This document shows, one piece after another, positions 9,944 through 20,288 of a stretch of DNA of 64,000 nucleotides. Origin of the DNA: Vibrio sp. (GTDB lineage: Bacteria > Pseudomonadota > Gammaproteobacteria > Enterobacterales > Vibrionaceae); NCBI GenBank assembly GCA_041587235.1, contig JBFGYW010000002.1, forward strand, positions 793 to 64,792, given 5' to 3'. The position numbers and the translations under genes were made by a program. The notes beneath the pieces were generated by a model. It was not told the origin of the DNA, did no database searches, and worked only from the letters and a program-made list of their open reading frames with translations. Every line of letters starts with the position of its first letter. Position 1 is the first letter of the stretch.

Positions 9944-12106
9944 TTAACTGAGCCTTTCCAAAGCGCCTTGCCATTGATAATCAGCGACTTGATGACCCCC
10001 GCTCACCGTGCCAAAGCTGACCCCATAGCAGTAGTATTGCCCGTCTTTTCCGTGCCATTCAATCACGCAGCCCTGTGAGTTACTCGCCAAGACGTTGACG
10101 CCTTGAATACGACTCGTGGCATTGAGCGAGACTTCCATCGATTCATCAAAGTGGCCGTGTGTTTCAATCACACTGGCAAACACGCCCGATTTCACCTGCT
10201 GCCTGAGAATAAAACCGGGCTCGCTGCGCAAGTTAAAGTCAGGGTCGTTCGCACCGGTGCGCACCAAATGCAGGCTGCCACTTGACGTGGCTTGCTGATC
10301 GACATCAAACATCGCATAGCTGGCGGTATAAAAGCTGCTGTCGTGTAACCAGGTTAGCTGGCCTTGACCACATTTTGATGCTTGACCTAGGTGCCACAAG
10401 TGTTGATAGCCATCGCTGTCCCCCAAAGGCGTCAGTGCCGAGGCCATGCTCACCTCAACATCGGTGTTCATCAGTTGACCGCTGTGGTGGAAAGGCAAGT
10501 CGTATTGGTGCTGCTCTTGGCTATCGAGCGCAAACACATCCAACAATAAGGGCGCTTCAAATTCCGGTAAATTCAGTAGCGCCACCGTTCTGGTCATGGT
10601 CACCCCGGGGTAATACTCAGACACTTTGGCGGCCATCACTTGCTGATCGAGGTTGTCAATTGCAAAGATGAGCCCTTGCCCGTGAGTGGCTTCCGCGATT
10701 TTTGTTTTGGCCTGGTTTTGCGTTTTTTGGTCGACGACGACCGTGTTGTGCGCCACCGTTTGTTTGCAGTAACTTTTGTTTTCTGGGATGTAACGACCGC
10801 CGAACTTAGGCTCAACATTGACCCAACGCCCAAAGCCGTAATCGTGTAATACCTCGTGCCCGCGATTAAACAAGCTGACGTGTAGGCCATCAAAGTGACC
10901 GTGGTCTAAGGCTGAGTGGTAGCGAGAGTCCGAACCATGACCGCCAAACCACATTAGGGCCATGCTGTCTTGTTGCTCAACGCGACGTCTTAAAATCGCC
11001 ACCCCGCCTTTTTCACCCTGAGCCCCATCTCTTAATAAGACACTGCCCCAGTCAAACCCAGCCACGGTGTTGCCCTCTGCTTTGGTTTTTGCCAACGCAT
11101 CCGATAGGCACTTGCCTGACGCATGAACCCAAACGTCTTTTTGATGCTCTGCCATCGCCAATAAGTTGGGGTTAGCTTCGTATTGGTGAAAACACACCGA
11201 GGTCGCCATAATGACCCCTTCGTCATTGATATTGATGGTTTTCGACGAGTCGTTAAGCGCAGGTAAACAGCCGTCGGGAAACGCGGTTTTAAACACCGCA
11301 TAAGAGGTGGTTTTGATCACCTGCTGGTTAAAGTCATAAATTTTTATCTCGGGCTGACGACGTTCAATCGCTTCGGCAAACAAATAGATTGGCCTTAGGG
11401 AGAACCGGTGATAATACGGCCCTTCCATGTAGTACCCATCCGGTGAGAACAGTTGCGCCAACTGCGCCAAAAAGCCGCCGCTTTCGCCGTCGAGTTTTAA
11501 ACCGTAGAGCGCTTTATCCACCACATCTTGACGGTTGATCGCGTAGCCACAAATACCAACCGCCGCGACAGCCCAAAGGCCGTGATTGTGTACGATGTCA
11601 AAGTCGTGACCGTAGGTCACCACAAACAGATCGATCATCGGCTCAAACAGATCCCGCTCAATGTGTTGACGCTGCTCTGTGGCTAATGTGGTGTACACAC
11701 AGCTATAAGCGCAAGAGGCGTACAACATCCACATATTTTCATTCAGCGTTTGGTGAAACAAACGCCCCGGTGGGTTAGTATCTTTACTGGTGTGGCTTTC
11801 TAAGCTTGGGTATATGTTGGCGTATGCCGTCAGCATATCCACCACATAATCGCGGTAGTGTTGACTTTCGGTAATGAGAAACAAGCGCGCCGCGATATCC
11901 ATATGGATGTAGTTTTGTTTGTGGCGATTGTGCTCATAGCCCCCCGCTTCCCCATGGCCAGGGACTTCAATGCCAACATCAGTGATGTACGCTTCGACTT
12001 GCTGCATATCGCGCTGCAAAGCCTGGCCGAGTAGCGTAGGTCGCTCGAGGTCGGCTTGCATGGCTTTGGCTTCTTGATGAGACAGTAACAAAGGCTGATA
12101 ATTCAT
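9944..12106 (-). CDS. cytoplasmic exo-type oligoalginate lyase, heparinase II/III-like (PL15/PL17 type)
   Basis: 720 aa with no signal peptide. Blocks VPGHGEAGGYEHNRHKQNY, HNHGLWAVAAVGI, GGFLAQLAQLF, EGPYYHRF and HGHFD are typical of Vibrio Oal-type lyases. The gene sits in an alginate locus. Confidence 0.8.
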   Translation of the reverse strand: MNYQPLLLSHQEAKAMQADLERPTLLGQALQRDMQQVEAYITDVGIEVPGHGEAGGYEHNRHKQNYIHMDIAARLFLITESQHYRDYVVDMLTAYANIYPSLESHTSKDTNPPGRLFHQTLNENMWMLYASCAYSCVYTTLATEQRQHIERDLFEPMIDLFVVTYGHDFDIVHNHGLWAVAAVGICGYAINRQDVVDKALYGLKLDGESGGFLAQLAQLFSPDGYYMEGPYYHRFSLRPIYLFAEAIERRQPEIKIYDFNQQVIKTTSYAVFKTAFPDGCLPALNDSSKTININDEGVIMATSVCFHQYEANPNLLAMAEHQKDVWVHASGKCLSDALAKTKAEGNTVAGFDWGSVLLRDGAQGEKGGVAILRRRVEQQDSMALMWFGGHGSDSRYHSALDHGHFDGLHVSLFNRGHEVLHDYGFGRWVNVEPKFGGRYIPENKSYCKQTVAHNTVVVDQKTQNQAKTKIAEATHGQGLIFAIDNLDQQVMAAKVSEYYPGVTMTRTVALLNLPEFEAPLLLDVFALDSQEQHQYDLPFHHSGQLMNTDVEVSMASALTPLGDSDGYQHLWHLGQASKCGQGQLTWLHDSSFYTASYAMFDVDQQATSSGSLHLVRTGANDPDFNLRSEPGFILRQQVKSGVFASVIETHGHFDESMEVSLNATSRIQGVNVLASNSQGCVIEWHGKDGQYYCYGVSFGTVSGGHQVADYQWQGALERLS

Positions 12107-12117
12107 TGGGTAACTCC

Positions 12118-14271
12118 TTAATCTTGTGCTTTAGGGCGAGCTTGAATGTCAACTTGATACGGCCCTTGCCAAGCGTAACTTTGTCCACTGACTTCAATCG
12201 TAAAAGGTTGCAAAGGGTCGGCGTCGCGGCGATGGCTGATCATGACCGTGACCTGGTGCGCTTGAGTTGTAACCTGAACAATACTGGCCTCCAGATCAGA
12301 ATGCAGAATATCGAGTTGTTCGACTTGGCCGCGTGCCTGTTCCGATTTTTCATACGCTTCGTTAAAGTAACCGTGACTTTCCAGTACCGAAGCAAATAAA
12401 CAATTGTCACCTTGGGTGCGCAGTACAAAGCCCGGCTCACTGCGCAGGTTCATTTGTGGATCATTGGCGCCGGTGCGCGTCATCACCAATTCACTTTGCG
12501 CACTGCTACACTTACCGAGCCAAGTGTAATAATGCTGCCCTTGTAGCCAACTGACCAAAGCCCCGTCATCGGCACGCGCTTGGCCGAGCTTCCACAAGTG
12601 TTGATAGCCATTGTCTTCCCCCAGTGGCAAGAGCGAGCGGTTGGCTTCAATCGCCTGATGGGTACGCACGATTTGCCCTTGATAATAGTGACTGTAATCG
12701 TACTGATGGGATTGTTCACTTTGTAAGGCGAACAAGTCCAAATACATCGGCGCGGCCAACTCGGGTAAGTCAATCAAAAACGCGCTGCGCTGCATATTGA
12801 CCCCGTCGACATGCTGATCGGCAAACGCGCTCATCGCCTGCAGCTGGTCATTCACATCGGCAAAGAAATGTTCGACCCCATGACGAGTATCAGCCTGTGT
12901 CGCATCAGCGTGGTTTTGGCTGGTTTCATCGACCGTCACCAAGTTATGGGCAATGCTCTGCCTAGCATAACCTTGGTTCTCGGGTAAATAACGACCGCCA
13001 AACTTGGTTTCGACATTGACCCAACGGCCAAAGCCATATTCGGTCAGCACCTCTTGGCCCAAACTGAAAAAACTCACGCCTAAGGTATCAAAGTGGCCGT
13101 GGCCCATGCCGTGCTGGCCGTAATTCATCACCAGTTGGCTGACTTGCCCCGCTGCGGTTTTCGCACGCAAGAAACCTTGTGCACCGCGATCGCCTTGTGG
13201 CCCTTCACTCAATGAGCAGCTTGGCCAATTTGGCACGCCGATAGGACCTTGTGCGCTGGCTTTGGCATGCTGCTGTGACAAGGTCAAACCACAAGCGTGG
13301 ATCCAAACACCTTGTTGTAACTGCGCCATGGCCACAATATTGTCATCACATTGATAGTGATGCGCGTACAAACTGACGGCGACTTTGACCCCTTCATCGC
13401 GAATGCTCATCGTGCGCGAGGCATCGTTTAAGGCGGGGAAGACACCATCTGGGTAAGCGGTGGACAGCAGCGCTTTAATGCTGTGTTTAATCACTTGGTT
13501 TTTGTAGTTCAAGATGTCGATTTCGGGCCAATGACGATGCAAGATTTCCGCGAAGAGACAAGTGGGTCGAATGGCATAACGGTGGTAGTAAGGCCCTTCG
13601 AGATAATAGCCTGAAGGGGCAAACAATTGGTCGAGCTGAGCTAAAAAGCCGCCGGTACCATCGGCATCACAGCCATATACGGACATTTCGAGATAGTGGC
13701 GCTGGCCAATCGCTAAACCGGCAATGCCCACAGCAGCGACTGCCCAAATGCCGTGATTGTGGATGCGATCAAAATCATGGCGATACTTAACCGTGAACAT
13801 CTCAAGCATAGGCTCAAACAGGTTAGAGACGATGTGATCGCGCTGTGCTTGGGTCATCGACGCCGAGACACAGGAATAGGCCAAACTGCTAAACAGCAGC
13901 CAACAGTGCTCGTTTAAAATTTGATGAAACAAGCGCCCAGTTGGGTTGGTGTTTTTTTGCACATGAAAATCAAAGCCCAAATAACGGTCAGCGTATATTG
14001 TCAGTAAATCTGTGACAAATTGCCCATACTTTTGCTCGCCAGTGATCAAAAATAGACGACCCGCGACATTCATATACTGGTAGTTTTGTTTGTGCCTCGT
14101 ATGCTCGGGACCGCCAGCCTCACCATGCCCTGGAACCTCCAGTGGTAAAGCCATAAACGCTTCAACAGAGACACGTTGCTGCGCAATGCTCTCGGCCATT
14201 AATCCATTGCCTGCCATGGATTGTGTCAAAGCATGAATTTCTGCTTCATTCATTAACAGAGGGGTCGTCAT
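12118..14271 (-). CDS. second oligoalginate lyase paralogue, heparinase II/III-like (PL15/PL17 type)
   Basis: Shares the conserved blocks of the 9944-12106 gene. It lies 11 nt upstream of that gene on the same strand. Start set to MTTPLLMNEAE (ATG 14271), preceded by AAGGGA. Confidence 0.8.
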   Translation of the reverse strand: MTTPLLMNEAEIHALTQSMAGNGLMAESIAQQRVSVEAFMALPLEVPGHGEAGGPEHTRHKQNYQYMNVAGRLFLITGEQKYGQFVTDLLTIYADRYLGFDFHVQKNTNPTGRLFHQILNEHCWLLFSSLAYSCVSASMTQAQRDHIVSNLFEPMLEMFTVKYRHDFDRIHNHGIWAVAAVGIAGLAIGQRHYLEMSVYGCDADGTGGFLAQLDQLFAPSGYYLEGPYYHRYAIRPTCLFAEILHRHWPEIDILNYKNQVIKHSIKALLSTAYPDGVFPALNDASRTMSIRDEGVKVAVSLYAHHYQCDDNIVAMAQLQQGVWIHACGLTLSQQHAKASAQGPIGVPNWPSCSLSEGPQGDRGAQGFLRAKTAAGQVSQLVMNYGQHGMGHGHFDTLGVSFFSLGQEVLTEYGFGRWVNVETKFGGRYLPENQGYARQSIAHNLVTVDETSQNHADATQADTRHGVEHFFADVNDQLQAMSAFADQHVDGVNMQRSAFLIDLPELAAPMYLDLFALQSEQSHQYDYSHYYQGQIVRTHQAIEANRSLLPLGEDNGYQHLWKLGQARADDGALVSWLQGQHYYTWLGKCSSAQSELVMTRTGANDPQMNLRSEPGFVLRTQGDNCLFASVLESHGYFNEAYEKSEQARGQVEQLDILHSDLEASIVQVTTQAHQVTVMISHRRDADPLQPFTIEVSGQSYAWQGPYQVDIQARPKAQD

Positions 14272-14505
14272 TATTGTATCCCTTACTTTCATTACTGCAT
14301 TATTTAAGTCCTAAAATAATACAAATAGACCTCATTCGGCAACTCCAATGATCCAAAGGATGATCACAATCACAACCACTCCAGTAAAACGGACATTAAT
14401 ACTTGCTTGTCCCTTCCTTAATCAAGATCATACGCATAATCTCAACGCCACTTCACAGATCAAAGAGCCAAGTGAACCTTGATACCAGTCACGATTTAAA
14501 AACAT

Positions 14506-14518
14506 ATTGTATGACAAT
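14506..14518. promoter_or_regulatory. candidate GntR-type operator ATTGTATGACAAT in the divergent oal/kdgF promoter region
   Basis: Near-palindrome ATTGT-ATG-ACAAT, 56 nt upstream of the kdgF ATG. It resembles the perfect palindrome at 36496-36508. Confidence 0.45.
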
Positions 14519-14573
14519 AACAAAAAAGTGTTTTATGGTGATGACATCGCTATTATTAAAAGGAAGCACAACA

Positions 14574-14909
14574 ATGGCTGCATTTTTTAAATCTGATCAA
14601 CATCCGTGGGAAGAAGTTGGCCCGGGGATTAAGCGAAAGATTGTCGGCTACACCGATGACTTAATGTTGGTTCACCTCTGTTTTGCCAAAGGGGCGATTG
14701 GCGAACCCCATTCCCATGAGATCCACGATCAAATCGGTTATGTCGTGAGTGGCAGCTTTGAAGCCGAAGTCGATGGCGAAAAACAAGTGTTAAAAGCGGG
14801 TGATGCCTATATCGCCGCCAAACACCTGGTGCACGGCGCCGTCTCGTTAGAAGAGAACAGCATTTTGCTCGACGCTTTTTCACCGGCCCGTGAAGACTTT
14901 TTAAAGTAA
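14574..14909 (+). CDS. kdgF: cupin-domain protein KdgF (uronate linearisation helper)
   Basis: 112 aa starting at an ATG preceded by AAAGGAAG. Cupin motifs GEPHSHEIHDQIGYVVSG and GDAYIAAKHLVHG. Lies directly upstream of kdgK-eda. Confidence 0.8.
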   Translation: MAAFFKSDQHPWEEVGPGIKRKIVGYTDDLMLVHLCFAKGAIGEPHSHEIHDQIGYVVSGSFEAEVDGEKQVLKAGDAYIAAKHLVHGAVSLEENSILLDAFSPAREDFLK

Positions 14910-15069
14910 GTGTCACCGTTGTAGTTGTAAAAGTCACCGTTATCACCATCGTGACTCGATAAAAAATAGATTCAAAAAACATGCGTATTAGCAAAGCATG
15001 CAAGATTAAAGATGAAAATGCGCAACCCACGGCGTCATCATCACTTTTTTTGTTGTAAAGGAGCAGAAC

Positions 15070-16002
15070 ATGAGCCCATTTAAACTCGCGATCATTGGCG
15101 AATGTATGGTTGAGCTGCAACACACCGAACAAGGGTTGCGTCAATCCTTTGGTGGAGACAGCTTAAATACCGCGGTTTATTTTACCCGCCTCACGCGTGA
15201 GAAAGATTTTACCACCGCTTATGTCACTGCTCTTGGCCAAGATAGATTTAGCCTGGATATGCTCACAGCGTGGCAAAGTGAGGGCATCGATACTCGTTTG
15301 GTGCGTCGCTTTGACGATAAATCGCCTGGCCTGTACTACATTGATACCGATGACAGCGGTGAACGAAGTTTTACATACTGGCGCAACGATGCCGCCGCTA
15401 AGTATCTGTTCGACCCCGACCGCATCGGCGATCTCAGCGAGCAACTTCTCGAGTTTAACGCTTGGTATTTAAGTGGTATCAGCTTGGCCATTTTAACCGA
15501 CATCGGTAGGCAAACCCTCTTTGAACTTATGGCGCGCTTTGTCGATGCCGGTGGGAAAGTTTACTTTGACAATAATTACCGCCCTAAATTGTGGGCATCC
15601 GACGAGCAAGCCCAGCAAGCGTACGCTCAGGTCTTGGCCCTGACCGACACCGCCCTGCTGACCTTTGACGATGAACAGTTGTTATACGGCGACAGCGAGG
15701 AACAACAATGCATTGCTCGCACCCAAGAGTTTGGCGTTAGAGAAATCATCATTAAACGCGGTGGTGAATCGGCCTTGGTGGTGCTCGATCAGCAGATGGA
15801 TTCCGTCGCCCCTGCCCCGGTTGAGAAGATCGTCGATACCACTGCAGCCGGTGACTCATTTAGCGGAGGCTACCTCGCTCGGCGACTCACCCAAGGCAGT
15901 GCCGTTGAATCGGCCCAATTTGGCCATCGCGTTGCAGGGCAAGTCATACAAACCAAAGGCGCGTTAATTCCGCCAGCTGCAATGCAATCGGTTCAGCTTT
16001 AG
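15070..16002 (+). CDS. kdgK: 2-dehydro-3-deoxygluconokinase
   Basis: PfkB-family ORF with a KdgK-type N-terminus (KLAIIGECMVEL) and a C-terminal DTTAAGDSFSGGY motif. Confidence 0.9.
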   Translation: MSPFKLAIIGECMVELQHTEQGLRQSFGGDSLNTAVYFTRLTREKDFTTAYVTALGQDRFSLDMLTAWQSEGIDTRLVRRFDDKSPGLYYIDTDDSGERSFTYWRNDAAAKYLFDPDRIGDLSEQLLEFNAWYLSGISLAILTDIGRQTLFELMARFVDAGGKVYFDNNYRPKLWASDEQAQQAYAQVLALTDTALLTFDDEQLLYGDSEEQQCIARTQEFGVREIIIKRGGESALVVLDQQMDSVAPAPVEKIVDTTAAGDSFSGGYLARRLTQGSAVESAQFGHRVAGQVIQTKGALIPPAAMQSVQL

Positions 16003-16082
16003 TCGTCAGCTCATCGGCCAGTGTCGATGAACACATTTTTCTGGGCTTAGCCCTCAAACAGAAACCATTAAGAGAAAACATC

Positions 16083-16706
16083 ATGACTCAACTTGTCGAC
16101 CAATTAGCGCAACTAAAAGTCATTCCCGTGATTGCCATTAATCAGGCCGAACACGCTCTGCCACTGGGTAAAGCATTAGTCGAGAATGGCCTGCCGTGTG
16201 CCGAAATTACGTTCCGCACCGATTGCGCCCAAGAGGCCATTGCCATTATGCGCGATGCGTACCCAGAGATGCTGATCGGCGCAGGCACCGTATTGACGAT
16301 AGAACAAGTCGATCAAGCGGTAGCAGCCGGTGCGGATTTCATCGTTAGCCCTGGCTTTAATCCGGTCACCGTTCAGTACTGTCTCGATAAGGGCATTGCG
16401 ATTGTTCCTGGTATCAACAACCCCAGCTTGGTCGAACAAGCGATGCAAATGGGGCTAAAAACGCTGAAGTTTTTCCCGGCTGAGCCTTCTGGTGGTGTCG
16501 GCATGCTCAAATCGTTAGCGGCCGTTTACCCTGTGCAATTTATGCCAACCGGAGGGATCAACCCGAATAACATCGACCAATATTTGAACATTTCTTCTGT
16601 GATCGCCTGTGGTGGTACGTGGATGGTTCCGAGCCAATTGATGGATGAAGGTCGTTGGCAAGAGTTGGGTGAATTGGTTAAAGAAGCCGTTAATACCGTC
16701 GCCTAA
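16083..16706 (+). CDS. eda: KDPG / KHG aldolase
   Basis: 207 aa with Eda-type blocks (VIPVIAI, AEITFRT, GAGTVL, FIVSPG, KFFPAE, GG). Confidence 0.9.
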   Translation: MTQLVDQLAQLKVIPVIAINQAEHALPLGKALVENGLPCAEITFRTDCAQEAIAIMRDAYPEMLIGAGTVLTIEQVDQAVAAGADFIVSPGFNPVTVQYCLDKGIAIVPGINNPSLVEQAMQMGLKTLKFFPAEPSGGVGMLKSLAAVYPVQFMPTGGINPNNIDQYLNISSVIACGGTWMVPSQLMDEGRWQELGELVKEAVNTVA

Positions 16707-16782
16707 TCCCTTTTGCTATTGTTTTAAGTTCGTTGTTTTAAAATGTGTTGTTTGTAAAAATTATTGTTTTGTTGTCACGTTT

Positions 16783-16808
16783 GCCTTTATACGGTCAAAG
16801 GCCTTTTC
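16783..16808 (+). terminator. putative terminator after eda
   Basis: gccttt-atacggtc-aaaggc followed by cttttc. Confidence 0.45.
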
Positions 16809-17181
16809 GGCACAGTAATACCAATTTAACTAAATAGCTGGTCACCCTAGCTGGTTAAAAATCTCGATAACATCGTTAAGAAAATAACTTATAGAACAAC
16901 GACTAACTGTCTTGTATTTATAAGCAAATAGGTTGCCTTGTTCTCAAGCTTTTTTCCTGCGCTATCATTGCCCACATACTTAATTAGATTGGTATATGCT
17001 TTTTACTCCTTATGGTTGCTCCTTGCGCTGTGCCTTTTTTCTTTGCTTTTTATTCCATCGCTTGCTTTTTTTCTCTTTACTCATCGCCGTCGTTCATGAC
17101 TCACCGTCATCGCCTCCGACTTGATTCATTCACCACTGATAAGTCTCACTTTTGTCTTGCGGCAAGACATCGCACGCCGAT

Positions 17182-17210
17182 AAAAAAAGACAGCCAACGG
17201 GCTGCCTTTT
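17182..17210 (-). terminator. putative terminator after PL7 gene 17228-17974
   Basis: Short stem cagcc/ggctg flanked by an A-run (17182-17188) and a T-run (17207-17210). On the minus strand the hairpin is followed by TTTTTTT. Confidence 0.5.
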
Positions 17211-17227
17211 GTAGCGAGATACGCTGA

Positions 17228-17974
17228 TCAGTCAATCGCTTGCTGGTAGTATTTGAGTGACTCGAATTGCACTCGTCCGGTGCCTGAGTCTTGATTATAG
17301 ACCCCCGCTTTAAAGTAGCTTTCCAACTCGCCCCAGTAACTGATGTCGAGTTTATTAATCTCAGAATGAGTCACGCTGTCTCTTTTTATTGTCAACTCAT
17401 TATTCTCAATACGAATTTCAAACTTAACGGCAGAGTCACGATATTCACCAAGGTCAATTTTGGCGTAGTTTTTACAGCTCTCACAGGCATCTTCTTTGAT
17501 GATCGCCCAATAGTGATCGCTGACATCGTCGTACTCACGCATCCACACAATACGCACTAAAGGCAAATTGATGGCATTGCTGTTACTGGTCACGTCATGC
17601 ACTTGCAAGAAAGTGATCTCGTCGACTTCACCGGCTAAAGGATCATCGACCAGCACATTGGCGATCATCTTGTTGAGGTATTGTGTGTCTGAAGTGTACC
17701 AGTTGTTGACTTGCCTTAGTTCAGAGCGGGCGTGATCGCCAGTGACCTCAAAGGTCATCCACGCATTGCCAGTGTAAGGAACATAAAAGTATTGATTGTA
17801 TTGCCCCTCAAAATCGCCATTGGCAATATAAGTGGCGCTGTTTGGCGCCTGCAATTTCGATTCATCAAGCACGGACTGATAACGAGCAATATCGTAAGGG
17901 GCACTGTCGGCCAGTACCAGCGAACTGCAGAGACTAAAGGGAATTGCCAGGGCGAGTGCGAATTGTGTCTTCAT
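17228..17974 (-). CDS. secreted PL7-family alginate lyase
   Basis: Signal peptide, then PL7 signature blocks RSELRQ, FLQVHD and YFKAGVYNQ. Confidence 0.85.
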   Translation of the reverse strand: MKTQFALALAIPFSLCSSLVLADSAPYDIARYQSVLDESKLQAPNSATYIANGDFEGQYNQYFYVPYTGNAWMTFEVTGDHARSELRQVNNWYTSDTQYLNKMIANVLVDDPLAGEVDEITFLQVHDVTSNSNAINLPLVRIVWMREYDDVSDHYWAIIKEDACESCKNYAKIDLGEYRDSAVKFEIRIENNELTIKRDSVTHSEINKLDISYWGELESYFKAGVYNQDSGTGRVQFESLKYYQQAID

Positions 17975-18134
17975 TAGATTTCCTTGTTGATTGGATTAAA
18001 CGTCAAATAACATTGCTCGCCAGAATTCTCTGGCTTCATTGTTGATCACTTAGGTATCCGCCTAATCGAGAGCACGCTTTTACAACTCTGTGTAGATTGC
18101 GCCCCCTAGACTGCCCCGTGATTCTTTATTGCGG

Positions 18135-18169
18135 TAAAAAAAAACCGTAATAAGGACAACTTATTACGG
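18135..18169 (-). terminator. rho-independent terminator after the symporter gene
   Basis: 10-bp stem: ccgtaataag (18145-18154) pairs with cttattacgg (18160-18169). On the minus strand it is followed by a 9-T run. Confidence 0.75.
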
Positions 18170-18193
18170 CTTAATATCGAAAAAATCGGTAAA

Positions 18194-19969
18194 TTACTTA
18201 GTGGCGACTTCGGCTTCTGCCTCCACTTTATCATCGACGGATTTGACCAATAACAAACCCACTGCCAAGACGATAAAGCCACATAGAACAAAGACTAACC
18301 GTCCCCACATTGGGTTGGGCAAGGCAAACATGGCCATCACGCCCACACCCGCCACGGCAATCAAACTGCCCAACATACGGCGCTGTTTGTTGTCGAGTTT
18401 TTTCTGTGCTGTCGAGTCTGCTACTAACGGCGTCGCTAAGTTATCAAAGAATTGATCCACTTGAACTTGACGCTCATCAGAAAGGGGTTTGTAGAACAGA
18501 GTACTCAAGACAAAGAAGCCTGCGGTAAACACCAAGTGACCAATCAAGCCAATTGCGACTTTTAGGTCAGACCATTCACGACCAGTGAGTGGCTGTAAGT
18601 CAAACCAGTTTTGTACCATTTCAGCGGTTAACACGAGACCGACGAAGTAAGATACGATACCGCCGACAACCAGTGTTCCCCAACCCGCCCAGTCTGGGGT
18701 TTTCTTAATGAAGAAGCCACAGAACGCAGGAATGGTCATCGGGAAGCCAATCAAGGCGCCGACATACATCATGGTGTCAAACAGGCTCAATCCTTTCAGT
18801 GAGTTGATAAACAATGCCACAAGGATAATCGAGATACCAAAGAAGGTTGAAGTGAGCTTAGAAACAAACACCAACTCTTTTTCTGACGCTTGTGGGCGTA
18901 AAATCGGCTCGTAGAAATTTTTAACAAAGATGCCCGAGTTACGGTTAAGGCCAGAGTCCATCGATGACATGGTGGCGGCAAACATCGCGGCAATCAAAAG
19001 ACCAATCATCCCTGCCGGCATGTATTCTTCAACAAAGTAGAGGTAGGCAAAATCGCCTGCTTTAGAGCCTGCATTTGGGTAAATTTGAGCAAGGTCAATA
19101 CCTTGGCCGGCAATATACCAAGACGGCATGAACCAAATCAGTGGACCTAACGTCATCAACAAACACGCAAGTAATGCGGCTTTTTTCGCGTTTTTCGAAT
19201 CTTTTGCCGCCAAATAGCGGTAAGAGTTCAGCATGTTGTTGGTGATACTAAATTGCTTGAAGAAGATAAAGAATGCCCATAGGCCAAAAATGCTGAGGTA
19301 GTTGACGTTGTTACCAGAAATAAAAGACGCCCCTTCTTGTACGGGGAAGTTCTCGACAATCTGTGTGACGCCACCGCCTTGTACGATCGCCACGATAGCA
19401 CACGTCACCGTGACCGCCATGATGATCACCATCTGCATAAAGTCAGACGCGATAACCGCCCAAGAGCCGCCGGTCACTGACATGATCAAAACAACCAGAC
19501 CGGTAAGAATAATGGTGGTGGTCATATCAAAACCAAAGATACCAGAAGCGATAATGGCCAAGCCATTGAGCCAGATACCCGCAGAGATCACGCTGTTTGG
19601 CATACCAGACCAAGTAAACACTTGCTCGTTAAAGCGACCAAAGCGCATGCGAATGGCTTGAATCGTTGTCACTACGCGCAGCTGTCTAAACTTAGGCGCA
19701 AAGTACAAGTAGTTCATCAGGTAACCAAAGGCATTGGCGAGGAACAAGATGGCCACGGCAAAACCATCGGCATAGGCTTTGCCTGCTGCACCAGTGAAGG
19801 TCCAAGCACTAAATTGCGTCATGAAGGCTGTTGCCCCTACCATCCACCACAACATGCTACCGCCCCCGCGGAAGTAGTCACTGGTGTTGCTGGTAAAGGT
19901 TCTAAACATCCAACCTATCGCGATGAGGAACAAGAAATAAATGCCGACTATTATTGTATTGAGATCCAT
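18194..19969 (-). CDS. sodium:solute symporter (SSF), probable oligoalginate/uronate importer
   Basis: 591-aa polytopic SSF-type ORF embedded between alginate lyase genes. Start trimmed to MDLNTIIVGIY. The substrate is inferred from context only. Confidence 0.8.
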   Translation of the reverse strand: MDLNTIIVGIYFLFLIAIGWMFRTFTSNTSDYFRGGGSMLWWMVGATAFMTQFSAWTFTGAAGKAYADGFAVAILFLANAFGYLMNYLYFAPKFRQLRVVTTIQAIRMRFGRFNEQVFTWSGMPNSVISAGIWLNGLAIIASGIFGFDMTTTIILTGLVVLIMSVTGGSWAVIASDFMQMVIIMAVTVTCAIVAIVQGGGVTQIVENFPVQEGASFISGNNVNYLSIFGLWAFFIFFKQFSITNNMLNSYRYLAAKDSKNAKKAALLACLLMTLGPLIWFMPSWYIAGQGIDLAQIYPNAGSKAGDFAYLYFVEEYMPAGMIGLLIAAMFAATMSSMDSGLNRNSGIFVKNFYEPILRPQASEKELVFVSKLTSTFFGISIILVALFINSLKGLSLFDTMMYVGALIGFPMTIPAFCGFFIKKTPDWAGWGTLVVGGIVSYFVGLVLTAEMVQNWFDLQPLTGREWSDLKVAIGLIGHLVFTAGFFVLSTLFYKPLSDERQVQVDQFFDNLATPLVADSTAQKKLDNKQRRMLGSLIAVAGVGVMAMFALPNPMWGRLVFVLCGFIVLAVGLLLVKSVDDKVEAEAEVATK

Positions 19970-20024
19970 TTTTCGACCTTTAGGGTGAGGTGTATGTGGC
20001 ACTATAATAAATCACCCCAAATCT

Positions 20025-20037
20025 ATTTGTAGTACAA
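20025..20037. promoter_or_regulatory. candidate GntR-type operator TTTGTAGTACAAT upstream of the symporter gene
   Basis: The reverse complement ATTGTACTACAAA matches 12 of 13 positions of ATTGTACTACAAT at 36496-36508. It lies 56-68 nt upstream of the symporter start. Confidence 0.5.
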
Positions 20038-20288
20038 TATAATCATTTCGTGATGCGCTAGACGTTTCCGCCCATCAGATCAACAAAAGTCTGATCTTGG
20101 TCACTGTATCACCAGAAAATAGCACTAAAGACAGCAATTCATGCCCATTTTAAGCGCGTTATTTCGTATTAATGAGGTTAAATGACAATATTACTAAGAA
20201 GAGTAGTGAGTAAGAAAAAAGCCAACCACAGCATTAATTGTATGATTAATAGAGCAAGAAGAAACTTGCTCTATTAAAGGAGAAGGGA

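Noticed and set aside
17012-17227. 71-aa ORF between eda and the PL7 gene
   Set aside because: It has Phe/Ser-rich low-complexity sequence and no RBS. It also runs through the terminator of the convergent PL7 gene.
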